Below, one piece after another: positions 19,885 to 29,376 of a stretch of DNA of 64,000 nucleotides. Source of the stretch: an uncultured Chloroflexia bacterium. GTDB lineage: Bacteria; Chloroflexota; Anaerolineae; CG2-30-64-16. The notes beneath the pieces were generated by a model. That model searched no databases. It was not told the DNA's origin and saw only the letters and a program-made list of their open reading frames with translations. Position numbers and translations under genes: made by a program. Each line of letters begins with the position of its first letter. Position 1 is the first letter of the stretch. Location: NCBI GenBank assembly GCA_963774265.1, contig CAVZDU010000005.1, positions 224,001-288,000 of the forward strand, given 5' to 3'.

Positions 19885-20952
19885 CTACTTCTCGATGCCC
19901 ATCACCTTGTACAGGCTGGCGAAGTCGAAGTGAGCGTTCAGCAGCTCTGTGAACCGTTCTATCTTCTGCGGTTGATGGAAACGACTCTTGCCAAAGAAGT
20001 TCTCGATGATCTCGATGCTGCTCAGCGTGTCAAGGCGGGTGAGCAGCACCGGCACGCACAACTCCTCCGCGCGGTTGATGACCGCCGGGCTGGGATAGAT
20101 GTGGCCGGTCAAGATCAGGCAGCGCGTCGAGGTCTCCAATGCAGCCAGCTGGATATCGGCGCGGTCGCCGCCGGTGATCACGGCCTTGTTCGGCTTTCGG
20201 CGGAAGTAAGTCAGCGCACTCTCGACGCTCATTGCGCCCACCAGCATGTGCTCGACCAGCTCGTCGCTGCACTCTGATGAGCACAGGAGCTCCGCGTTCA
20301 GTCCTTCCGCCAGCTCCTTGACACTCGGCGCCGAAAGCATGTTTTCCTTGGGCAAGACGCCGAAGGTGCGGATGCCGCGGCGGGTAAAGTAGGGCACGAC
20401 GACCTCTTGAATGAACTCCTGCTGGCCCTTGGGCACCTCGTTGATGACCACGCCGACCATGTTCTTCCCGAAGTAGTTCTGACCGGTCATGGCGCGATCG
20501 TACAGCAGGGTGTCATCGTACCGGATGACTTCGATCACCTGCGCGTCCACCAGTTCCACGACCTTCTTGGGCGGCAAGCCGGCCACGTAGCCTTCGCGCA
20601 GGCTGCGGCCACCTTCCATGATCAGGACGTCGCGGCCCTCAGACATCTTCGCAAAGGCTTCCATCAGCTTCGGCTGGTAGTCCACTTCCGGGCCGCGGAG
20701 CTGCTGCTCCAACTTGGACGGGGTGAGCGCTACGGGCGAGATCAGCTCGGCCGGCTCAGGCATGCTGTAGACCTGCTTGGCGAAGACCACATCTTCGTCG
20801 TATGGCATACCTTCCCGGATGGGAACGTTGACGTTGATAGGCTTCATGTAGCCGGCCTTGAGCCCATCCTTGCGGAACTGCATGCCCAGGCCAACGCACA
20901 GGGCCGACTTGCCCGAGTAGGTCTCGGCGGAAGTAATGTATAGTGTCTTCAT
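19885..20952 (-). CDS. Phosphotransacetylase N-terminal-like protein (BioD-like P-loop + DRTGG), no catalytic PTA domain
   Basis: TYSGKSALC, GYMKP, LIMEGG, VGAMS, VITGGDRADIQLAALE; 355 aa. Confidence 0.88.
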   Translation of the reverse strand: MKTLYITSAETYSGKSALCVGLGMQFRKDGLKAGYMKPINVNVPIREGMPYDEDVVFAKQVYSMPEPAELISPVALTPSKLEQQLRGPEVDYQPKLMEAFAKMSEGRDVLIMEGGRSLREGYVAGLPPKKVVELVDAQVIEVIRYDDTLLYDRAMTGQNYFGKNMVGVVINEVPKGQQEFIQEVVVPYFTRRGIRTFGVLPKENMLSAPSVKELAEGLNAELLCSSECSDELVEHMLVGAMSVESALTYFRRKPNKAVITGGDRADIQLAALETSTRCLILTGHIYPSPAVINRAEELCVPVLLTRLDTLSSIEIIENFFGKSRFHQPQKIERFTELLNAHFDFASLYKVMGIEK

Positions 20953-20977
20953 ATTATTCAGCGCTCCTGATACTAGA

Positions 20978-23075
20978 CTACTTTAACGCGAGCCGCATGT
21001 CAATTCCCAAAACGCCGCGGCCCTGCTCAAACACCATCAACGGATTGATGTCGAGCTCGACGATCTCGGGAAAATCGGTGACCAGTTGGGAGATGCGCAG
21101 CAGGGTCTCTACAATGGCTGGGCGGTCTGACGGTTTCTCGCCGCGGACACCGCGCAACAGCCTGTAGGAGCGAATCTCGTCCAGCATTTCGGTGGCCTGG
21201 CGCCGGTCGATGGGCGCCACACGGAAGGTGACGTCCTTCAGCGCTTCCACATAGATGCCGCCCAGACCGAACATAATCAGGGGACCGAACTGCGGGTCAC
21301 GGTTCACACCAATGATGACCTCGCGGCCGCCCTTGACCATCTGCTGAATCTGGCAGCCCCAGATGGTGGCGTCGGGCATGAAGCGCTTCGCCCGGTAGAC
21401 TAGCAGGTCGAACGCATCGCGCACTTCCGTCGCCGAGGTGATGTTCAGCTTGATGCCGCCGATGTCCGATTTGTGCAGGATGTCTGGCGAAGCGATCTTC
21501 ATGACGACCGGATAGCCGATTTGCTCGGCCATGGTCACTGCCTCATCGGCTGTGGCAGCCACGCCCGATTTTGGCAGCGGGATGCCGTACGCCTCGAGCA
21601 CCTCGCGTGCCTCCGAATCGCCCATCGTGACCCGGCCATCGGCCCGCGCCGCAGCGAAGAGCGCGGCGACTTTTTCTTTATTGGCCTCGAAAGATTCCAC
21701 CTGCAAGGGCGGCGTATTCAGCCAGTTCCGGTGATCACGCATGGCCGCAATCGCCTTCACAGCGCGCTCGGGCACCTGGTAGTTCGGCACGTCGTACGAG
21801 CGGAGCACCTGCACGCCCTTGGCGATCGCGAGGTCTCCCATGAAGCAGCCGAATACCGGCTTGCCGTACTTCTTGGAGATCGTGCCCAGCGCCTCCGCAG
21901 TTTCGGGGATTTGCGTCATCGTCTGGGGGGTCAGCACGACCATCAGCGCGTTGACGTTCGGGTCGGCCAATACGTAGTCGATCGCCATCGCGTAGCGGTC
22001 CGCATAGCGCGTCGCCCAACACGTCAACCGGGTTGGCCACGCTGGCGGCCGCGGGCAGCTTGGCCTGCAGCGCCTGTTTGGTCTCGTCAGTCAACGAAGC
22101 CAGGCGCAGGCCGGCGTGCTCGAGCGCATCTGAAGCCATGATGCCGGGGCCGCCAGCGTTGGTGATGACGCCGATGGCATCACCCTTGATCAGGGGCTGG
22201 CGCGCGAAGGCCTGCGCGATGTCGAACAGGTCCTGCACCGATTCGGCGCGGATGATGCCCGACTGCTTGAAGGCGGCATCGTATGAGGCTTCCGAGCCGG
22301 CCAGGCTACCGGTGTGCGACGAGACGGCCTTCGAGCCGGCGCTGGTGGTGCCTGATTTGATCGCGATGATCGGCTTGTGACGGGTCACTTCGCTGGCCAT
22401 GCGGATGAACTCGGGGCCGTTGGTAATGCCTTCGAGATAGGCCATGATGGCGCGCGTCTCGTCGTCCTGGGCCCAGGTGGTAATCAGGTCCAGCTCGTTG
22501 ATGTCAGCCTTGTTGCCGATGCTGTAGAAGCGGGAGAAGCCGATGCCCTGGCCCAGGGCCATGTCCAGGATCGAGGTGCAGAGCGCACCCGACTGGGACA
22601 TGAACGCGATTTTGCCGCGGCGGGGCATGCCCGCGGCGAACGATGCGTTCAGCTTGATGACGGTGTCGATGATGCCCAAGACGTTCGGGCCGATCAAGCG
22701 TATGCCATACTGCTTGGCGATATCGACCACCTGCTGCTGAAGGACCCTGCCCTGTGGGCCGGCCTCGCGGAACCCGGCAGTGATGATCACTGCGCCCTTG
22801 AGTCCGCGTTGTCCGCACTGCTCAATTACGCCCGGTACGACTTTGTTCGGCACCAGAATGACCGCCAGGTCGACCGGGTCAGGGCATTCCAATACGGATG
22901 GATACGCTTTCTTCCCCAGGATCTCTGGCGCCGTGGGGTTGACCGGGTAAATCCCGCCTTCGTAGCCGTACTGGATTACGTTGTTGAGGACTTGGTACCC
23001 CAGCTTTGCGGGGTCCGTGGACGCGCCAATGACAGCAACGCCCCCAGGTTCGGTGAACATTTCGAGCATGTGCAA
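20978..23075 (-). CDS. ADP-forming acetate--CoA ligase, alpha-beta fusion (frameshift near 22015)
   Basis: VAVIGAS..PAKLG, IGPNVLG, SQSGA, SSHTGSLAG (phospho-His), TNAGGPG, NPVDVLGDA; ATP-grasp YPVVMKIASPDILHKSD, ELDINPL. Confidence 0.92.
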
Positions 23076-23289
23076 CTCCCCTTCAAAGGGTTGTGATGGC
23101 TCTTTGGGGTGAATGCAAAGCCATCTACCGCTTTATCACGCGAGCAATTATCTGCCCCTGTTTTGGTTCGGAGCAGGTCACCTGTGCATTATGGCTCGAT
23201 TCGAACATTTAATAAATGATGCACATCATGTCTCATAGGGTTTGCCCCAACGCCGCGAATTGCGTACAATTGACGGCGAGGAGTATCCC

Positions 23290-24432
23290 ATGATTTACCT
23301 GGATCATTCTGCGACCACACCGGTAGACGGGCGGGTCGTTGACGCGATGGCACCTTATTGGACCGACATGTACGGGAACCCGTCCAGCGTGTACAGCCTG
23401 GGCCGCCGCTCAGCAGCGGCATTGGAGGATGCACGCAGAACGGTCGCTCAGATTTTGAACGCCCAACCCACCGAGATCGTTTTCACCAGTTGCGGGACGG
23501 AGAGCGACAATCTGGCCATCCGCGGCGTAGCATTGGCCGCCACTGCCAAAGGTCGACGTCATCTTATCACAACACCGATCGAACATCATGCGGTGCTGCA
23601 TACAGTGGCCGACCTGGTCGAGCGTTTCGACTTTGAGGTGACCCACGTCCCCGTGGATCGCAGTGGATTGGTTGACACCGCCGATGTGAGAGCCGCCATC
23701 CGCCCGGACACCGCACTGATCAGCGTGATGACGGCCAACAACGAAGTCGGCACGATCGAGCCGATTGCCGAGATCGGGGCGATCGCGCGGCAGTTCGGCA
23801 TTCCGTTTCATACTGACGCGGTGCAGGCCGCTGCGAGTCTGCCGCTCGATGTCGAGGCGCTCCAGGTCGATCTTCTGGCGCTCTCTGCGCACAAATTTCA
23901 CGGCCCAAAAGGCGTCGGGCTGCTCTACGTGCGCAAGGGCACGCGGATGGGACTCGTCCAGACAGGCGGCAGCCAGGAGCGCGGCCGCCGCGCGGGCACG
24001 GAGAACGTCCCCTACATCGTCGGGATGGCACGCGCCCTGGAGCTGGCCGCTGCAGACCGCGCGGCAGAGTCGGCGCGTCTCCTGGCATTGCGCGAGCGAC
24101 TCCTGGCGGGCATTCTGGAGCGTATCCCGGATGTTGAGTTAACCGGTCACCGCGAGCACCGGCTGCCGGGGCATCTGAGTTTCATCATCCGCGGCGTCGA
24201 GGCCCAGTCGCTCCTGATCGCCCTCGATCTGGTGGGTATCGCTGCATCATCGGGCTCGGCTTGCGCCAGCGGTGCGCCGACTCCCAGCGGCGTGCTCCGC
24301 GCGATGGGGTTCGCGCCGAATGAGGCGTTGGGCGCGCTGCGGCTGACCCTGGGGCGCTCCAACAGCGAGGCCGACGTTGACACAGTGCTCGATCAGCTCC
24401 CCGAGATCGTCAAGAGGATTCGGGGTGTCTGA
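23290..24432 (+). CDS. iscS: Cysteine desulfurase (IscS/NifS type)
   Basis: [45 protein letters not shown]; GAGGAG RBS before ATG 23290. Confidence 0.92.
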   Translation: MIYLDHSATTPVDGRVVDAMAPYWTDMYGNPSSVYSLGRRSAAALEDARRTVAQILNAQPTEIVFTSCGTESDNLAIRGVALAATAKGRRHLITTPIEHHAVLHTVADLVERFDFEVTHVPVDRSGLVDTADVRAAIRPDTALISVMTANNEVGTIEPIAEIGAIARQFGIPFHTDAVQAAASLPLDVEALQVDLLALSAHKFHGPKGVGLLYVRKGTRMGLVQTGGSQERGRRAGTENVPYIVGMARALELAAADRAAESARLLALRERLLAGILERIPDVELTGHREHRLPGHLSFIIRGVEAQSLLIALDLVGIAASSGSACASGAPTPSGVLRAMGFAPNEALGALRLTLGRSNSEADVDTVLDQLPEIVKRIRGV

Positions 24433-25522
24433 GCGAGCCGTGGTGGCAATGAGCGGCGGGGTCGATAGCTCCGTCGCGGCTGCCCTGTTGCTGGAACAAG
24501 GGTACGACGTCGTCGGCATCATGCTGCGCCTCTGGTCGGAACCCGCGTGGCCGGTGTTGGGCGGTGACGTCGAAACAGCGAACAATCGCTGTTGTTCGGT
24601 GGAGTCAGTTCACGACGCCCGGGCGGTGGCCGACCGGCTTGGCATTCCGTTCTACGTGATCGATGCCCAGGCGCCGTTCAAGCAGCAGGTGGTGGACGGC
24701 TGGATTGCCGGCTACGCGGCCGGGCTGACACCCAATCCGTGCCTGTCGTGCAACCGGTGCATCCGCTTCGGCTTTTTGCTTGATTATGCGCGTTCGCTCG
24801 ACGCGGCCTACCTGGCCACCGGACATTACGCGCGCATCGGCCGGGGCAACGATGGTCGTCTGCAGTTATGGCGGGGGGTCGATCGCGCCAAGGACCAATC
24901 CTATGTCTTGAGTGTGCTCGGCCAGGCCGAGCTGCAGTCGGTGCTTTTTCCGGTGGGCGAGCGCACGAAAATGCAGGTGCGCGCGTTGGCCGCCGAGCGA
25001 GGGCTGCCCACGGCCTCGCGCATGGACAGCCAGGACCTGTGCTTCATCTCCGACGGCGATTATCGGCGTTTTCTGGCCGAGGTCGCCGCCGATGCATTAC
25101 GCCCCGGTCCGATCGTTGATTCCGGGGGCCGCGTGCTGGGCGCACACCGCGGGTTGCCCTTCTACACTGTGGGCCAGCGCAGCGGGCTGGGCCTGGCGGC
25201 GCCGCAGCCACTATTCGTGCTTTCGCTGGACGTCGAGCGGAACACCCTCGTGGTTGGCACGCGGGACGAGCTGGGGACGGTCGACTTTCGAACCGGTTCG
25301 GTCCACTGGGTGGCGGGTAGCCCGCCGGCCGAGTCCTTTGAGGCCGAGGTGCAGATCCGCTATCATGCCCAGCCCGCGGCCGCCACGATCACTGTCGATC
25401 GCGAGAGTGGCGGCGCCCGTGTCCAGGTGACCGCTCCACTGCGCGACGTGACGCCCGGGCAGGCCGCGGTCTTCTATCAGGGCGAAAACTGCCTTGGCAA
25501 CGGCCTGATCTTGCGAGGCTGA
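24425..25522 (+). CDS. mnmA: tRNA 2-thiouridine(34) synthase MnmA (CxxC-type)
   Basis: [54 protein letters not shown]; GTG start overlaps the iscS stop. Confidence 0.95.
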   Translation: MSERAVVAMSGGVDSSVAAALLLEQGYDVVGIMLRLWSEPAWPVLGGDVETANNRCCSVESVHDARAVADRLGIPFYVIDAQAPFKQQVVDGWIAGYAAGLTPNPCLSCNRCIRFGFLLDYARSLDAAYLATGHYARIGRGNDGRLQLWRGVDRAKDQSYVLSVLGQAELQSVLFPVGERTKMQVRALAAERGLPTASRMDSQDLCFISDGDYRRFLAEVAADALRPGPIVDSGGRVLGAHRGLPFYTVGQRSGLGLAAPQPLFVLSLDVERNTLVVGTRDELGTVDFRTGSVHWVAGSPPAESFEAEVQIRYHAQPAAATITVDRESGGARVQVTAPLRDVTPGQAAVFYQGENCLGNGLILRG

Positions 25523-25543
25523 GCGGGCCGGGAGGCGGAAGAA

Positions 25544-25873
25544 GTGCAGTCCTTTCAGGATATAATGCTTGACTTTGCCCTATCGCCCACGCTGTGGTTG
25601 TGCGTGGTCTTTGGGGTGATCTACGGCGCTCTCTTCACGTTGTGGCGCGGGGGTGGCTGGCGCCAGTTGGCGCGCGATGCCGGTGTTGGCGTGATCGGGT
25701 TCGTCGTGGGTCAACTGATTGCTTCGGTCTTGCGGCTACCCACGTTGCGCGTGGGTGAGGTGCATCTGTTGTGGGGCTCTTTGGCGAGTGTGTTCTTCTT
25801 GCTGATCGGCCGGCGGCTGCTGAAGCCGCGCGTGTTGCCGGTCAAAACGAGGTCCGGTTCAACAAGGCATTAA
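25544..25873 (+). CDS. Small membrane protein (3 TM)
   Basis: Hydrophobic ORF with GGAGG RBS, co-directional with mnmA. Confidence 0.65.
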   Translation: MQSFQDIMLDFALSPTLWLCVVFGVIYGALFTLWRGGGWRQLARDAGVGVIGFVVGQLIASVLRLPTLRVGEVHLLWGSLASVFFLLIGRRLLKPRVLPVKTRSGSTRH

Positions 25874-25962
25874 GCGTGCGTGTTAAACGCGCGTTTTGTG
25901 TTCAAGACACCTTTACGAATCGCACCGGCTGTGCTACACTTGACCAGTACGGAGGTGGGAGA

Positions 25963-26250
25963 ATGGGGACGGCGCGCGACATCGCTATCATCGTGTTGGC
26001 ACTTGAGTCAATCATTATCGGCGTGTTACTGGCCATACTGGTGATTCAGGTGATGAAGTTGGTGCGCTTGCTGCGCGACGAGGCCATGCCTATCTTGCGA
26101 TCGACACAGGATACCGTGAGCACAGTGCGCGGCACGGCTGATTTCATGAGCGATCACCTGGTGCAACCGGTTGTCAAGGTGTCCAGCATGGCGGCTGGCG
26201 CGCGACAGGCTGTTGGCGTGCTTTTTGGACGAAAGAACGGACGCAAATAA
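25963..26250 (+). CDS. Single-TM coiled-coil protein (DUF948/YtxG-like)
   Basis: GGAGG RBS; MGTARDIAIIVLALESIIIG...; directly upstream of a YtxH-like gene. Confidence 0.7.
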   Translation: MGTARDIAIIVLALESIIIGVLLAILVIQVMKLVRLLRDEAMPILRSTQDTVSTVRGTADFMSDHLVQPVVKVSSMAAGARQAVGVLFGRKNGRK

Positions 26251-26260
26251 GGAGGGTAGC

Positions 26261-26668
26261 ATGAGTGAAAACGGCGGCGGTGGAAGCTTCTTCCTCGGCT
26301 TTTTGATCGGTGCGATGGCGGGCGCGGCGGCGGCTCTGCTCATGACCCCACAATCGGGCGAAGAGCTACGGCAGACCCTCGAGCAGAAGGGTGTCAGTTT
26401 GAAGGATGATGCCGCACGCGCGGCCGAGGACGCGAAAGCGCAGGCACAACGCCTTGCCGAGGACGCCAAGATGCAGGCGTCCCGCCTTTCCGAAGACGCG
26501 AAGCTGCAGGCACAGCGTCTCACAGAGCAGGCCCGAGGCCAGGTTGAGGTTGTTGGGGAGAAGGGCCGCATCGTCATCAGCGAGAACGTCCGCAAGGCGC
26601 AACAGGTCGTTCTGGACGCGAAAGACAAGCTCGCCAGCGAACCGCCTGCGATCGACCCCCTTTCATAA
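26261..26668 (+). CDS. YtxH-domain protein with 11-aa repeats
   Basis: FFLGFLIGAMAGAAAALLMTPQSGEELR; AEDAKxQAxRL x3 (33-bp period, 26423-26521). Confidence 0.88.
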   Translation: MSENGGGGSFFLGFLIGAMAGAAAALLMTPQSGEELRQTLEQKGVSLKDDAARAAEDAKAQAQRLAEDAKMQASRLSEDAKLQAQRLTEQARGQVEVVGEKGRIVISENVRKAQQVVLDAKDKLASEPPAIDPLS

Positions 26669-26693
26669 CTCGACACGAACCGCACACCTTTGC

Positions 26694-26718
26694 AGGCCGG
26701 GCATCGTCCCGGCCTTTT
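26694..26718 (+). terminator. Intrinsic terminator
   Basis: AGGCCGGG-CATCGT-CCCGGCCT followed by TTT. Confidence 0.75.
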
Positions 26719-26748
26719 ACGTTGACCACTGTGTTCTCTATGGCAATT

Positions 26749-28566
26749 CTATCGGTAGGTGGGGTGCGGGGCGCGTCCGGCCAGGTTGGTTAGAGCCGTG
26801 CCGAGGCCGGCGACCAGGTCGCGCGCGGTCACTGACGCAGGACCTAACGTCTGGCCCACGAGTGTGCCGCAAAGCGCGTGCACGTACGCGCCAGCCGCGG
26901 CTGCCTCGAACGGCGCCAGCCCCTGGCTGAGCATGGCAAGGATCACGCCTGCCAACACATCGCCGCTGCCGGCCTTCGCCAGCGCCGGCTCTGCGAAGGG
27001 CAGGACCGCAGTCCGGCCATCAGGATGTGCGATGACGGTGTGCGCTCCCTTCAGCAGAACGATGTGACCCCATTCCCCGGCATATCGACGCGCCGTCGCG
27101 ATCCGCTTCACGTTGATCTCCGCGACGCTCAGACCCGTCAGCCTGCTCATCTCCCCCGGATGGGGGGTCAGGATGCTGAGCGGGGGCAGCAGCGCCGGCC
27201 AGCCTGGAGAGATGGCCAGGATGTTCAGCGCGTCGGCATCGAAAATCGCACGACCGCGCCACTTGTCTGGATCGAGCGCGGCGGGCGCAAGCAGGGCGTG
27301 CAGGAGGGCCCTGGCGGCTTCGTCTGTGGTTAGCCCGGGCCCGATCAGGAGCGCGTCGTAGCCTTGCGCCTTCCGCAGCACCTGGGGGGCTGCATCCGGG
27401 CTGAGGACGCCCGCCTCGCTCGGCAGCGGCAGCCAGGTGAGATCCAGGAGCACGCCCGCCAAGGCGGGATGCAGCTCCCGGGGGACCGCTACGGTGACCA
27501 GCCCCGCGCCTGCGCGTGCTGCCGCGCTCCCGCTGAACGCGGGCGCGCCGGTGTAAAGACATGAGCCGCCCACGACCAGGGCTTTGCCAAACGTGCCTTT
27601 GTGCGCGTCCTGCGGCCGGCCGGGCAAGAGTGCAGCCGCGTCGGCGCGCTCCACCATCTCGACCTGAAGGCCGTCCCCCAGGTCTGCCGGCACGCCGATG
27701 TCGACGACGCCGAGCAGTCCACACGCCCCCGCGCCGGGGTATTGCAATTGGCCCCATTTAGGGAAGGCAAAAGTGACCGTTAACGTCGCAGGGATGGCCG
27801 CGGGATCGAGCTCACCGGTGTCGCAGTTTAGCCCGCTTGGACAATCCACGGCCAGGACCGGGACGATGGGCCAGGGCGGCAACTCCTCGTCGAATCCGTC
27901 CTCTTCGTCTGCCCAATCATCGGCCTCGTCATCCCATAACCTTTCGTCGCGCAGGTCATCATTCGGCCCGCCCCTGGGCGCAGACCACAAGGATGACGGC
28001 ATCGGCGGCGCGCCGAGCGCCTCGGATAGGGGAAAGCGGGGGATGAGGGCCGCAACGGCAGACATGGCCGCCTGTGCATCTGTCTGAGCATTGTTTCGGA
28101 CGACCAGCTCTTCCCTGACCACGGTCAACAGTTCGGCCAGCCGGCCTTCCAGCGGCCGTGTAGCGCCCGTGCCCAGCAGCGCGTCGATGACGAGGCCGGT
28201 TTGCCGGAGCTCGGCGCGCAGCTTGGAGAAGTCAGGGTCGTTGTCAGCCCACAATATTGCCATCCCGCGGCGGCGGCGCTTGAGGCGGCTGAAGTTGCCG
28301 TCGCCCTTGATGTCGCGCTTCCAGACGTAGAGCGTCACCTCGCAGTCCACCTCGCGTAGGTAGTGTGCGGCCACCAGCCCATCGCCGCCGTTATTGCCAG
28401 GTCCAACCAGGATGAGAACGCGGTTTCCGCTGTGGCTCAGTTGCATCGTCAACGCCAGCGTGGCGACCGACCAACCTGCCTTTTCCATCATGGCCGCATA
28501 GGATTGGCCGCGGGCATCGGTCAATTGCTCGATGCGACGCATCTCCTCGACATTAACGAGCTTCAT
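26749..28566 (-). CDS. nnr: Bifunctional NAD(P)H-hydrate epimerase/dehydratase
   Basis: MMEKAG, GPGNNGGDG, IDALLGTG, AVDCPSG, HKGTFG, IGPGL, DADALN, LTPHPGEMSRL, AGSGDVLAG. Confidence 0.93.
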   Translation of the reverse strand: MKLVNVEEMRRIEQLTDARGQSYAAMMEKAGWSVATLALTMQLSHSGNRVLILVGPGNNGGDGLVAAHYLREVDCEVTLYVWKRDIKGDGNFSRLKRRRRGMAILWADNDPDFSKLRAELRQTGLVIDALLGTGATRPLEGRLAELLTVVREELVVRNNAQTDAQAAMSAVAALIPRFPLSEALGAPPMPSSLWSAPRGGPNDDLRDERLWDDEADDWADEEDGFDEELPPWPIVPVLAVDCPSGLNCDTGELDPAAIPATLTVTFAFPKWGQLQYPGAGACGLLGVVDIGVPADLGDGLQVEMVERADAAALLPGRPQDAHKGTFGKALVVGGSCLYTGAPAFSGSAAARAGAGLVTVAVPRELHPALAGVLLDLTWLPLPSEAGVLSPDAAPQVLRKAQGYDALLIGPGLTTDEAARALLHALLAPAALDPDKWRGRAIFDADALNILAISPGWPALLPPLSILTPHPGEMSRLTGLSVAEINVKRIATARRYAGEWGHIVLLKGAHTVIAHPDGRTAVLPFAEPALAKAGSGDVLAGVILAMLSQGLAPFEAAAAGAYVHALCGTLVGQTLGPASVTARDLVAGLGTALTNLAGRAPHPTYR

Positions 28567-29171
28567 CGGGCGCCTCCATGGACAATCGCCAGGCAACGAG
28601 GGCCATGCTGCCGATAATGGGCGCGAGCAGGGCCAGGTAGACCAACTGGAATGTGACCGAGGGGGATGATCCAATGGGATCCAGGGGATGCCGGAAGACC
28701 CCGGTGGTGGCGGCCATCCAAACCACTGCGACTGCCAACAACACGGCGGCGAAAGCAGTGAACCGGCTATCCTTCACCATCCACGTGACGAGCAGCACCA
28801 CCAAGCCCGCCGCCGCAAGCTGGAGCGTCATCGTGACGCGCGGCTCGCCCCAGGCGATCCACGGTCCCCACGTCAGGCGGGTGGCGGGCATGCTGACGAT
28901 GAAGTGCGCGACCCAGAAAGCCCAGCCGCTGATCAGCAGCCCTCGCGTCAACCTGGCTAGACGCGGGCCGCTTTGTGATGAGATAGAGTGCGCCCACCAC
29001 GCCTGCTGCGACGAGGCCGATCATGCCCGCGCGGCTCAGCGCGCCGTGGAGGTAGACGATTTTGATGACCTGCCCCAACGTCTTTTCGAGGGGCATGAGC
29101 AGCAGGATCGCCGCGGCCAGGGCAGTGCAAATCAGGATCAGCGCCCAAAAGCGCCGGCGGATGAAGGGCAT
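28553..29171 (-). CDS. CcmC/CcsA-like membrane protein (frameshift near 28960)
   Basis: PLEKTLGQVIKIVYLHG, Trp-rich TWGPWIAWGEPRVT and late FRHP resemble the CcmC His-WWD-His layout. Confidence 0.55.
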
Positions 29172-29258
29172 GCAGGAAGTCTCCGTGATGGTGTTGCGGC
29201 CATCATAACCCATTTGGGGAAAAACCGCACAGAACGATCGCCGCACGCGCCGCCGTAC

Positions 29259-29287
29259 GTGCCGGGCACTTGCGAAGTGCCCGGCAC
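29259..29287. repeat. Nested palindromic REP-like element
   Basis: GTGCCGGGCACTT-GCG-AAGTGCCCGGCAC: perfect 13-bp arms, each itself containing a palindrome. Confidence 0.75.
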
Positions 29288-29376
29288 ATGGGTACGTGGG
29301 TCCGAGCGTTTCCCCTTCCTTCGCGGGCTGTGGTATCATCGCTCCAGCGTCCCTTCTCGAGAGGATTCACACCATC

